Positions 1 to 8,489 of a DNA stretch of 58,764 nt are shown piece after piece; position 1 is the first letter of the stretch, and every line of letters begins with the position of its first letter. Under the pieces are notes generated by a model. That model saw nothing but the letters and a program-made list of their open reading frames with translations. It was not told the DNA's origin and did not search any database. Both the position numbers and the translations under genes were made by a program. Origin of the DNA: an uncultured Candidatus Saccharibacteria bacterium (GTDB lineage Bacteria > Patescibacteriota > Minisyncoccia > Minisyncoccales > UBA5738); assembly GCA_964470995.1 (NCBI GenBank), contig CAYYEP010000006.1, positions 1 through 58,764 of the forward strand, read 5' to 3'.

Positions 1-140
1 GGGTAGGGGAACCTGCTCGTGGATCAATTAATTTACATTTTTGAGTGTCGGCTTTGTTTGAGGGATGAGAATTCTTCTCTTAAACTTAAGACGCTGACCG
101 GTACGTCTCTAATAAACCGGTTTCAGAGAGTTCAAGGTGA
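1..140 (+). rRNA. rrl: Probable 3'-terminal fragment of a 23S rRNA, cut by the window edge
   Basis: GGGATGAGAATTCTTCTC (62-79) and GCTGACCGGTAC...TAATAAACCGGT (93-121) resemble the E. coli 23S 3'-end strings GAGAUGAGUUCUCCC and GCUAACCGGUACUAAUGAACCGU. ACCGGT/ACCGGT can close a helix-101-like hairpin. Recognised from memory, not aligned. Confidence 0.4.
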
Positions 141-800
141 CTTCAAGAAATTCTAAACAAAAGCAAACCAAAAGAATTGGTCTGTTTTTGTTTTCCGCTA
201 TGGGCTGCGTGTTCGTACGCTTCATTTTTTACGGGAAAAATCGTTCATATATTGCGGATAAAAAAATAAAACATTACAATAAAGATGGTTCGCGCATCGC
301 AATCAGTGTACAGTGCGGAACGCAGCTTGGCCGCCAATGGGATAGGATGGGGCACGCGATAGGCCCCCGGGGCTTAATAAAATACGGAGCTTGCGGGCAA
401 CCCCGTCCGCATCGCCTGAATATCGGGTTTGCTTATCCTATCCTATTTTTTAAATAACAAGGTTCTGTGTAAAATAGTTGATAGTTATGCTTTTTTATGA
501 TAAGTTTTTTCGGAGGAATAAAATGAATGGCGAAAAGGCTGATAAGGGAAGCGTAACGACCAAACCGGGCTTGCGCTTGGGATTAGGAAGTGACGATTTG
601 ACGCTATAGTGCCGGTGCCGTTATGCGGTATTAAAATTGCGGTAACGCACCGGCAAGATGTAGCTTTTGGGGAGACGGTTTGCGAAGCCTGCAGGAGAAA
701 AGCGAATGGCGGAGTCATCCCCGTCATAGGGCCAATCTAGGCCATTTTTTTTACAAACGCGCGTAGCGTGATAGAATTTGATAATATTCATTTATAAAAA

Positions 801-1394
801 ATGGAAAACGAAATAGAATTACCTAAAAAGGTGGCGAATTTTTTGAAAAACAGCGCAATAAAATGCGGGGCGGTGGGGCACCGGACGGTTTATACGGCGT
901 TCGATAAAGCCGCTACATTAAAGGTTAAGCCGGCAGTTATTGCCAAGGTACTAACAATCAAGATGGACGGAAAGGTGGCGTTGGCGCTTGTCGGGGGCGA
1001 TAGAAACCTGGATGCGCTCAAGCTACAAAAACTGGCAAAGGCCAAAAAAATGGATTTTGCCAAAGAAAAGGCAATCGGAGAAATTTTTAAAGGAATCGAT
1101 CCCGGAGCGATTCCGCCGTTTGAGGGGCTATGGGGAATCAGAATTTTTTGCGATAAAAAATTACTGAAACAGTCAAAGATAATCTTATCGGCGGGCAGTT
1201 ATGAGGTTTCGCTTAAAATCACCCCGGGCGCTTTTAAAAAGGCTAATCCGCAAATGGCGGCGGGTATTTTTTCGGCGGCAAGACCCAAGCCAAAAAAGCA
1301 AGACAAAACCAAGGCTAAGCCGGCGCAAAAGCGCGCCCGCGGATCAAAAAAGGTGGCAAAAAAACCAGCCATAAAAAAACGGAAGTTAAAATAG
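801..1394 (+). CDS. YbaK/ProX-type aminoacyl-tRNA deacylase domain protein with a Lys-rich basic C-terminal tail
   Basis: 197-aa ORF. The core (KVLTIKMDGKVALALVGGDRNLD...DPGAIPPFEGLWGIRIFCD...ILSAGS) has the YbaK/EbsC editing-domain pattern. The last ~45 aa are K/R/P/A-rich. Confidence 0.65.
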   Translation: MENEIELPKKVANFLKNSAIKCGAVGHRTVYTAFDKAATLKVKPAVIAKVLTIKMDGKVALALVGGDRNLDALKLQKLAKAKKMDFAKEKAIGEIFKGIDPGAIPPFEGLWGIRIFCDKKLLKQSKIILSAGSYEVSLKITPGAFKKANPQMAAGIFSAARPKPKKQDKTKAKPAQKRARGSKKVAKKPAIKKRKLK

Positions 1395-1467
1395 TTTTTC
1401 CACACTTGTATTGCGGTGCCGTTACCATATAATAGAGTTTGTTTGAAAAAAAATTAAAACAAAAAAA

Positions 1468-2013
1468 ATGGTACCGACAAAAGTTTTTTTCACTAAGGGA
1501 ACCGGAGTACATAAAGATAAATTGGCGTCGTTTGAATCGGCTTTGCGCGCGGCGGGTATAGAAAAATGCAATCTGGTGTATGTATCAAGTATTTTTCCGC
1601 CGAATTGCAAGATGCTATCGCGAACTGAAGGGGAAAAATTGCTTAAACCCGGACAGATAACTTTTTGCGTCATGGCGCGGCTGGAAACCAGCGAACCAAA
1701 CCGACTAATTTCAACGGCGATCGGTTTAGCGGTTCCGGCAGATTCAAGCCATTACGGCTATCTTTCCGAACACCATAATTTTGGAGAAAAGGCGGAAAGC
1801 GCCGGGGAATATGCCGAAGACCTGGCAGCAACAATGCTGGCCACTACGCTTGGGGTGGAATTTGACCCAAACAAGGCTTGGGATGAGCGCAAACAGCTTT
1901 ACAAGGCCAGCGGTAATATTTTTAAGACTACCCATACGGTACAATCCTCCCAGGGCAACAAGGATGGCCTCTGGACAACAGTAATTGCGGCGGCAGTATT
2001 TATTGTCGATTAA
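1468..2013 (+). CDS. pdaD: Pyruvoyl-dependent arginine decarboxylase
   Basis: 181 aa. The N-terminus ([44 protein letters not shown]) carries the VSS self-cleavage motif typical of PdaD. Length fits the family. Confidence 0.8.
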   Translation: MVPTKVFFTKGTGVHKDKLASFESALRAAGIEKCNLVYVSSIFPPNCKMLSRTEGEKLLKPGQITFCVMARLETSEPNRLISTAIGLAVPADSSHYGYLSEHHNFGEKAESAGEYAEDLAATMLATTLGVEFDPNKAWDERKQLYKASGNIFKTTHTVQSSQGNKDGLWTTVIAAAVFIVD

Positions 2014-2168
2014 TGTTTTTATAGCTTAAAAGCGAGTTTGAGGTTGTTGGGGCGCATCTAAATGATTCGGTGTAACCAAAAGATTCCCGTTCGGATGATA
2101 GGAATGGAACTTCAAGCCCATTGTTAAGCTAGCGGGAAATTGTATTTTTAAAACTTTGTTGCGCCCTC

Positions 2169-2245
2169 GGTGGGCGATGAAGGGATCGCACCTTCGACCT
2201 CTGTCTTATCAGGACAGCGTTCTACTACTGAACTAATCGCCCACC
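2169..2245 (-). tRNA. tRNA-Ile (anticodon GAU)
   Basis: The reverse complement folds as a cloverleaf: acceptor GGTGGGC/GCCCACC, anticodon arm CTGTC-CTGATAA-GACAG, T arm GGTGCGATCCC-like. No CCA is encoded. Confidence 0.85.
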
Positions 2246-2278
2246 GAGAAAACAAAAATTAGTTTTAAAAAATTTTCG

Positions 2279-2314
2279 CAGGACAGCGTTCTACTACTGA
2301 ACTAATCGCCCACC
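2279..2314 (-). pseudogene. Truncated duplicate of the tRNA-Ile 5' half (acceptor 5' strand, D arm, start of anticodon arm)
   Basis: The 36-nt string caggacagcgttctactactgaactaatcgcccacc at 2279-2314 is identical to 2210-2245 inside the intact tRNA-Ile. The two copies are in direct orientation, 69 nt apart. Confidence 0.85.
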
Positions 2315-2621
2315 AAAGAAATTCATAAACGTTACGAAGTCAATTCTATCTTATTTTGGTAAAATTGCAAGGTTTTTGCGATATTGGCAATAATGCGGTT
2401 CTCTAGATTTTTTTTATTGCCGGTCTTGCTCCAAACATAGCCAACGAACCAACAGACGATTAGGGCATAGATTGTTTCTTGTAAAATTACCTCTTTCTGT
2501 TAATGTATATTTGTGATTTTAAATAAAGCTATTTGGTTATCTAGTTTGGGATGACTTTGCAAGCCGTTACAATCAACGGCCCGCGATCGAAGTTAAATAA
2601 CATTGCTTTCTCGATGTTATC

Positions 2622-2694
2622 GGGCCTTTAGCTCAGCTGGCAGAGCGCCTCATTTGCAATGAGGAGGTCGCCGGTTCGAATCCGGCAAGGTCCA
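2622..2694 (+). tRNA. tRNA-Ala (anticodon UGC)
   Basis: GGGCCTT-TA-GCTC...GAGC-G-CCTCA-TTTGCAA-TGAGG-AGGTC-GCCGG-TTCGAAT-CCGGC-AAGGTCC-A is a canonical cloverleaf. It has the G3:U70 Ala identity pair. Confidence 0.9.
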
Positions 2695-2726
2695 CATTCG
2701 CAGAGTTTCGCCAGTTTCGCTAATCG

Positions 2727-2747
2727 CCCGGCCTTCGGCCGGGTTTT
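2727..2747. terminator. Intrinsic terminator between tRNA-Ala and the convergent hydrolase gene
   Basis: CCCGGCC-TTCG-GCCGGG hairpin followed by TTTT. Confidence 0.7.
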
Positions 2748-2749
2748 GC

Positions 2750-3790
2750 CTACTTAGAGTAATTCGCCGAGATCTCGCCAAAAAAGATCGATGAAATATC
2801 GGCGATGGTTTTTTCGTTTTCTTCGATGGTTTTCCCGCGCGTCATAATACACAGCAAGTACGGATAAGTCGGGTAATAAACAATGCCGCAATCATGAAGT
2901 TCGTACGGATATTCGGGGTTATTTGCATCTTCGCCGTATTCGCCAAATTTGTGCGCCACTTCGACATTTGGATCCACTCCAGCCGCGAGAGCATCTTTGT
3001 ATTCGCTTTTGGATAGTATCGCAAGCGCTTTTTCGGACATTTCGTGATTAAGATAGGCGGCGTTATAAAGGATTCGAAAAAATGAGGCGTAGCTTTTGAC
3101 CGACATATAATTAACCATCCCCCCGGTGCCGGGCATATCAATGCCGAGGTCGTAATAAACCTTATTTATACTGTCCGCGGGAATATTAGCCAGCAGGGTT
3201 TGCGCCGCGTTATTATCCGAATAGACAATCATTCGGTATATCAGATCATCAATACGGTATTTTTCCCCGCTTTCTATAGTGCTTGACGGTCTTATTTCTT
3301 GTCTTAACGAAGGGTATATGTCGCTTACCGCAACAATTTCGCCGTCTAAAAGGCCCTCATCAGTTTCGGCACTTTTAAGATAGGCCATCATCAAAGGGAC
3401 CTTAAGTAAACTGGCGGGCATAAATTTTTCTCTTTCGTTTACTCCGAACCACGGCCCGTTATTCAAATTCCTAAAGTATATGGCATAAGTCGATTTATCA
3501 CGGCCCTCCATAAGCTTAGAGATTTTGGATTTGATTTCGCCTTCAAAACGGCGGTATTGGGAGAACATGTTTTCAGCCACCTCACATTCCACAAGGGGAT
3601 TTATATAACGGTAACCGCCTTGCCTGACCTGTTGCGGCGCGCGCCCCCGATCCGTGAGATTTAAAAATAATAGAAAACCCGAACAAACACCCGCGGTAAA
3701 CACAACAAGCATTAATATTATTTTTGATAACTTTGCGTGCTGGCGGCAAAAGGCGACGGCTGACTCTTTTTTTTTAAAAAAAATCTTCAT
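2750..3790 (-). CDS. Membrane-anchored class A beta-lactamase-fold serine hydrolase
   Basis: 346 aa with an N-terminal TM segment. Motif triad: S-x-x-K (PASLLKV), S-D-N (YSDNNAA) and a K-T-G-like HKFG. Confidence 0.65.
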   Translation of the reverse strand: MKIFFKKKESAVAFCRQHAKLSKIILMLVVFTAGVCSGFLLFLNLTDRGRAPQQVRQGGYRYINPLVECEVAENMFSQYRRFEGEIKSKISKLMEGRDKSTYAIYFRNLNNGPWFGVNEREKFMPASLLKVPLMMAYLKSAETDEGLLDGEIVAVSDIYPSLRQEIRPSSTIESGEKYRIDDLIYRMIVYSDNNAAQTLLANIPADSINKVYYDLGIDMPGTGGMVNYMSVKSYASFFRILYNAAYLNHEMSEKALAILSKSEYKDALAAGVDPNVEVAHKFGEYGEDANNPEYPYELHDCGIVYYPTYPYLLCIMTRGKTIEENEKTIADISSIFFGEISANYSK

Positions 3791-4186
3791 TGATAGTTGT
3801 TAATATAGCTCTACCCGGGTTTATGCCGGTTAGCTTTCTTAATCTCTCTTTGCTTGCACTTAGCGTACTTTAACAAAACATAATTATTATAGCAGTATTG
3901 TAATAATTATTTAATAGAAGGAGCAGAAGACATAAAAAACCGTGATTGAAATTTTTTTAGCATTATCCCTGGCCTTTCCCAGCATAAAATTATCGCTGGA
4001 AATTCTTTTGGAAAATGATATTAATTTGGTATGATTTAGGTGTTTTAGGCTTTTATTACGACTAGTAGACCTTATGGAATACGTGAATACTGGCTATGAG
4101 CGCGCACGCGGCGGCTAGCAAGGGATTCTGCTGGGGCATGGCGGTCAAGCAAACGACGGCGGTAAAACATCAAAAAATTATTTAAT

Positions 4187-4720
4187 ATGACATCCAGGCA
4201 AGTTATCGATTTTTTAAGATTGGCGGAAAAACATGGTTTTCATGTTTGGATTGACGGCGGCTGGTCGGTAGACGCGCTTTTGGGCAAACAAACGCGGGAA
4301 CACAAAGACCTGGATATTGCTATCTGTTGGCAGGATGCGGTTAAGTTGCGCCAGATTATGGAAAACGAAGGTTTTACAGAAATCGAGGCAGACAGCAAAT
4401 GGAATTTTGTGCTGGCCGACAAAACCGGCCAAAGGATAGATGTTCACGCTTTTGTGCGGGAAAAAGACGGCAAGATTTTTGACGGGATAATGTATCCGGC
4501 TGAATCTTTACGGGGAAGGGGATTGATCGGCGAATGCGCGGTAGAATGCATCGATCCTAAATATATGGTTGATTTTTTAGCGCCCTGGCTATCAAAATGG
4601 CCGGAAAAATATGCTCCGGCAATACGAATGCTTTGCGAAAAATATTTAATCGCGCCGCCACTTGAATACGAGCAATATCTGCAACAATTTACGGTGGAGA
4701 ATAAAAAAACTTGTGAATAA
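4187..4720 (+). CDS. ANT(2'')/AadB-like nucleotidyltransferase (aminoglycoside 2''-adenylyltransferase family)
   Basis: 177 aa. HVWIDGGWSVDALLGKQTREHKDLDI parallels the AadB N-terminal motif LWIGGGWAIDARLGRVTRKHDDIDL. The length equals that of AadB. Confidence 0.65.
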   Translation: MTSRQVIDFLRLAEKHGFHVWIDGGWSVDALLGKQTREHKDLDIAICWQDAVKLRQIMENEGFTEIEADSKWNFVLADKTGQRIDVHAFVREKDGKIFDGIMYPAESLRGRGLIGECAVECIDPKYMVDFLAPWLSKWPEKYAPAIRMLCEKYLIAPPLEYEQYLQQFTVENKKTCE

Positions 4721-4905
4721 CTGCTAATTTGTATCCGGGTGATTGCTACGATTGTGGATTTTGTGATAAAAAGCACGAGCAACCAAGCGAATACACGGCC
4801 GTTTCTTGACAGACATTTAAAAATCATTTCATAATAAGTTAAGGTGGTTTTTTGTAATCAAACCCGGGTCGCAAGCGACACACGCAAACCGGCCGGGCAA
4901 CAAAA

Positions 4906-5586
4906 ATGATTAGTGATTGGTCAAGTATTACCTTACAAGCGTTTCAAAATGTCTGGCAGGGAGTTATCGTGGATTTTTTGCCCAAATTTGTTGTTGGCTT
5001 GATCGTTTTTATAATCGGCTGGCTGATTGCCTCGGGAACCGGGAGGATTTTAGCGCGAATATTAAGGAAATTTAATTTCGATACGGTTTTTTCTCAGAGC
5101 GGCTGGAAATCGGCGCTGGAGCAGGCCGAGATTAAGGTTAACCCTTCCGAATTTATAGGCGCGATCGTCAAATGGGTGCTGGTGATCGTTTTCTTACAAA
5201 TTTTCGTAGAAATTTTGGGGTTGGCGGCGTTTGCCGGTTTTTTAGCAAAGGTTCTCGACTGGCTACCTAATGTGATTGTGGCGGCGGCGATATTTGTGGT
5301 ATCGATCATTGTGGCTGACATTTTGGAAAAAATAATCAGGGCATCGGTCTTGCGGCTGGAAATACGTTATAGCAATATTTTGGGCGGTATCATCCGCGGC
5401 GCGATCTATATTTTCGCAATTTTAGCCATCTTACTGCAGTTGGGCGTGGCCGAAAGTATCTTAAATACCATGATAATGGGGTTTGTGGGAATGTTTACGC
5501 TGGCTTTCGGATTGGCATTTGGCCTAGGCGGCAAGGATGCGGCCAGCGACGCAATCAAGGCATTGCGCGATAAATTTAAAGATTAG
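4906..5586 (+). CDS. Multi-pass membrane protein of the conserved-TM-helix repeat (MscS-associated) type
   Basis: 226 aa with four or more hydrophobic helices. A repeated helix pattern (FLPKFVVGLIVFIIGWLIA ... VLDWLPNVIVAAAIFVVSIIVA) is present. Confidence 0.5.
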   Translation: MISDWSSITLQAFQNVWQGVIVDFLPKFVVGLIVFIIGWLIASGTGRILARILRKFNFDTVFSQSGWKSALEQAEIKVNPSEFIGAIVKWVLVIVFLQIFVEILGLAAFAGFLAKVLDWLPNVIVAAAIFVVSIIVADILEKIIRASVLRLEIRYSNILGGIIRGAIYIFAILAILLQLGVAESILNTMIMGFVGMFTLAFGLAFGLGGKDAASDAIKALRDKFKD

Positions 5587-5602
5587 ATAATCTTTCCAAA
5601 AC

Positions 5603-5631
5603 AAAAAAGGGGTTCACCCCCCCTTTTTTTT
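5603..5631. terminator. Bidirectional intrinsic terminator between convergent genes
   Basis: AAAAAAGGGG-TTCA-CCCCCCC hairpin flanked by an A-run and a T-run. Confidence 0.75.
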
Positions 5632-5632
5632 G

Positions 5633-6538
5633 TTATGACCGGAAAATTTCGGTAGACAAGTGTCTTTCGCCCCGATCGGGGAATATTGTGACAATAGTAC
5701 CCTTGTCGATCTTTTTTGCGTAGTGGCGCGCCACCAGCAAGGCGGCGCCTGCGCTGGGACCGGCAAAGATGCCCTCTTCGGATGTTATGCGCGCCGCCAT
5801 ATCTTTGGCCTCGGATTCGCCGATTTCAACGATTGTATCAACAAGTACCTTTTCATGGCTAGCACACGGCAGATTGTGCTTCAGAACATCGGGCATAATT
5901 CCGCTTTCAAGAGGCGATGCCTCGCCCCAGATTTTAGGCTGGATACCGATAACCCGCACATTGGGATGGCTATGCCGCAATTGCCGGGCAATTCCCGAGA
6001 TTGTGCCGCCGGTTCCCACGCAGGAAATAAAATAATCAATCGGGCCGTCAACCTGTTTTAATATCTCGCGGCCAGTTAAACGAAAATGAGTGGTGCAATT
6101 TTGTTTATTGGCCACCTGATCCAATACAACCAGTGATGAGTCTTTGGAAACCATATCATTGACCAGGTTTATCGCTCCCTGACGCCACATTTCGGGTTTT
6201 ACCAGAATCATTTTTGCGCCAAAATTTTCAATTACGCGCTTACGTTCGCCGGTAATCGTTTCGGGGGCTACAATAATGGCTTTATAACCCTTGGCAGCCG
6301 CCACCATCGCGATACCAATGCCAGTATTGCCGTTAGTCGCTTCAATAATCGTATTCCCGGGCTTAAGAACTCCGGTTTTTTCGGCATCTTCAATCATTGC
6401 CAAAGCGACCCTGTCTTTCATTGATCCGCCAGGGTTGAAACCTTCCAGTTTGGCATATATCCTGACATTGGAGTTGGTATTGAGTTTTTTAATCTCGACC
6501 ATTGGCGTATTGCCGATCGCTTCGGTAATTGTTGTCAT
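5633..6538 (-). CDS. Cysteine synthase family PLP enzyme (CysK/CysM/CBS-like), paralog 1
   Basis: NTPMVEI...KLEGFNPGGSMKDRVA (PLP-lysine motif) and NGNTGIGIAMVAAAKGY. The start is set at MTTITEAIG by analogy with paralog 2; the track ORF extends to 6583. Confidence 0.8.
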   Translation of the reverse strand: MTTITEAIGNTPMVEIKKLNTNSNVRIYAKLEGFNPGGSMKDRVALAMIEDAEKTGVLKPGNTIIEATNGNTGIGIAMVAAAKGYKAIIVAPETITGERKRVIENFGAKMILVKPEMWRQGAINLVNDMVSKDSSLVVLDQVANKQNCTTHFRLTGREILKQVDGPIDYFISCVGTGGTISGIARQLRHSHPNVRVIGIQPKIWGEASPLESGIMPDVLKHNLPCASHEKVLVDTIVEIGESEAKDMAARITSEEGIFAGPSAGAALLVARHYAKKIDKGTIVTIFPDRGERHLSTEIFRS

Positions 6539-6591
6539 ATATTTGTTTTCTAAAAACTTACTGAAACCGTAACAAGTACGCATAATACGAA

Positions 6592-7539
6592 TCAGGATTC
6601 GAACACTTGAGTGCTAAGGTATTTTTCGCCCCTATCGGGGAAAAGGGTGACAATAGTGCCTTTTTTTAATTTGCGCGAATATTTCATTGCGGCAAACATT
6701 ACCGCTCCCGAACTAGCTCCCGCAAAAACTCCTTCTTCGTGCGCTAGCCGGCGGACGGTTTTGTAGGCATCCTCTTCGTGTACGTCGATAACGATATCAA
6801 TCAAGCTTTTTTTGTGATCGCCGCAGGGCAGGCAAGGTTCCAGAATTTTGGGAATAAGGCCGGATTTTATCGAGCGCAATCCTTCGATCTTTTCCCCCAA
6901 GTAGGGTTGGATGCCAATCACGCTCAAATTGGGATTTTTTTCGCGCAAACGGCGGGAAATTCCAGTGATCGTACCTCCGGTCCCCAGACCGGCAATAAGA
7001 TAATCAATCGGCCCATCGACTTGCCTTAGAATCTCGCGGCCGGTAGTGCGGTAATGGGCGAGGCAATTCTGTTTATTATCAAACTGGTTAAGCAACACCA
7101 TTTTTTTGTCCTTTGCGGCCATTTCTTTGATCATGGCAACCGCGCCGTCACGCCACATTTCGGGTTTTACCAGGATTAGCGCGGCGCCGAAGGCTTTGAT
7201 CATTTTGCGCCGCTCCTCGCTGGACGATTCGGGCATAACAATAATAGCCTTATATCCCTTAATAGCGGCAACCATAGCAATGCCGATACCCGTATTGCCG
7301 CTGGTGGCCTCGACAATAGTCTTTCCTTTAACGAGCTGGCCGGTTTTCTCGGCGTGTTCAATCATTGCCAGGGAGATACGATCCTTTATGGAGCCGGTAG
7401 GATTTGTACCTTCAAGCTTCGCCAATATTCTAACTTTGGGATTGGGATTAATTTTGGAGATGCGGACCAGGGGAGTGGACCCGATCGTGTCAAGAATAGT
7501 ACTGGTTTTCATTTTAGTTTCGTGGCACTTTTTTGGCAT
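6592..7539 (-). CDS. Cysteine synthase family PLP enzyme, paralog 2 (tandem duplicate)
   Basis: STPLVRI...KLEGTNPTGSIKDRIS and SGNTGIGIAMVAAIKGY, collinear with the neighbouring paralog. A GAGGG SD lies 8 nt before the ATG at 7539; an alternative start is at 7512. Confidence 0.8.
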   Translation of the reverse strand: MPKKCHETKMKTSTILDTIGSTPLVRISKINPNPKVRILAKLEGTNPTGSIKDRISLAMIEHAEKTGQLVKGKTIVEATSGNTGIGIAMVAAIKGYKAIIVMPESSSEERRKMIKAFGAALILVKPEMWRDGAVAMIKEMAAKDKKMVLLNQFDNKQNCLAHYRTTGREILRQVDGPIDYLIAGLGTGGTITGISRRLREKNPNLSVIGIQPYLGEKIEGLRSIKSGLIPKILEPCLPCGDHKKSLIDIVIDVHEEDAYKTVRRLAHEEGVFAGASSGAVMFAAMKYSRKLKKGTIVTLFPDRGEKYLSTQVFES

Positions 7540-7540
7540 T

Positions 7541-7690
7541 AAAAAATCCCTCTGTTCGAGGGGTGCGGTGTAGGTGTCGTTTATTAGCGCCGTTATGCGT
7601 ATACGCCAACCTGCCCCCTCAAATGGTGAAGGTCATACAAATCGGACAAAGCGATTTTTGCCAAGTATGGTATTCCATATAGCGTTATTA
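7541..7690 (-). promoter_or_regulatory. 5' leader with SD-sequestering hairpin plus U-run and a competing upstream GAGGGG (attenuator/riboswitch-like)
   Basis: On the minus strand, CCCTC-GAACA-GAGGG-A-TTTTTT sits immediately before the ATG, and its GAGGG is the SD. An upstream GAGGGG (7615-7620) can pair with the same CCCCTC. No ORF is present. Confidence 0.45.
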
Positions 7691-7826
7691 TATTTAATAT
7701 TAACAAGTACAACCAGCCAATGTCAATACCTGTAATGTATCGGGGGTACAAACGTGCTAGAATGGAGCATCGACACTCTTTTAATTTTACCTCATTGGGT
7801 TAATTTTATAATTAAACAGTTAATTT

Positions 7827-8441
7827 ATGATGAACAAGTCTGATGCGGCAATAGCGGCAGTAATTGGCGAGGTCGCGGCGTGGTATTTCATTTATCTGCT
7901 CGGCCAGCCCGGAGCTGTCGAAAAATTGGGGGTATTGGCCGCCGCGCTTTGGTCGCTGGCGGTTATTTTTCCAATAGTAGCGGTTTTAGGGCTCTGGATA
8001 GCTTCGCTTATCGGCCAAAAAATTGTTTCAATTTATCAGTTGGCCAAATTTTTATTGATCGGAGTGGTCGCAACTATCTTCGACTTGGGGATACTGGCGC
8101 TTTTTATCCAGCTTTCCGGAATAACCGAGGGTATGTATTTTAGCTTTTTTAAATCTATATCTTTTATTATCGCTACCGGATTGAAATACGTGCCCGACAA
8201 GCTGTGGGCATTCAAAAAACACGGGTCCGCCGGAGTTGCCAGAGAATTCGCGCAGTTTTTTGCAGTCACTTTAATTGGACTGGGAATAAATGTTTACGCA
8301 GCCAGTTTGATTGCCAACCAGATTGGGCCGCAATTCGGATTGCCGGCAAAACTTTGGGCCAATTTAGCGGGAATCGGTGCGGTGTTAGTTACTTTCGCGT
8401 GGAATTTTATCGGATACAAATTTTTTGTTTTTAAAAAATAA
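7827..8441 (+). CDS. GtrA-like membrane protein
   Basis: 204 aa. The C-terminal four-helix GtrA pattern is present (LAKFLLIGVVATIFDLGIL...KYVPDKLWAFK...FAWNFIGYKFFVFKK). Confidence 0.65.
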   Translation: MMNKSDAAIAAVIGEVAAWYFIYLLGQPGAVEKLGVLAAALWSLAVIFPIVAVLGLWIASLIGQKIVSIYQLAKFLLIGVVATIFDLGILALFIQLSGITEGMYFSFFKSISFIIATGLKYVPDKLWAFKKHGSAGVAREFAQFFAVTLIGLGINVYAASLIANQIGPQFGLPAKLWANLAGIGAVLVTFAWNFIGYKFFVFKK

Positions 8442-8489
8442 CTTCGATCTTTGCCGATTATTTTGAAAATTGAATTAAAAAATGGATTT

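Noticed and set aside
316-451. A possible divergent 5S rRNA. GCGGAACGC...GCCGCCAATGGGATAGGATGGGG loosely recalls the 5S string CGGAAG...GCGCCGAUGGUAGUGUGGGG.
   Set aside because: There is no CCGAAC loop C and no helix I closure. The region enclosed by the GGATAGGAT/ATCCTATCC stem is about 85 nt, far longer than 5S helices IV/V.
137-727. Listed ORFs 137-457 (+, 106 aa) and 485-727 (-, 80 aa) downstream of the 23S end.
   Set aside because: Neither has an SD, and their composition is odd. Both are threaded through long stems and U-run terminators, so the region is better read as non-coding RNA or spacer.
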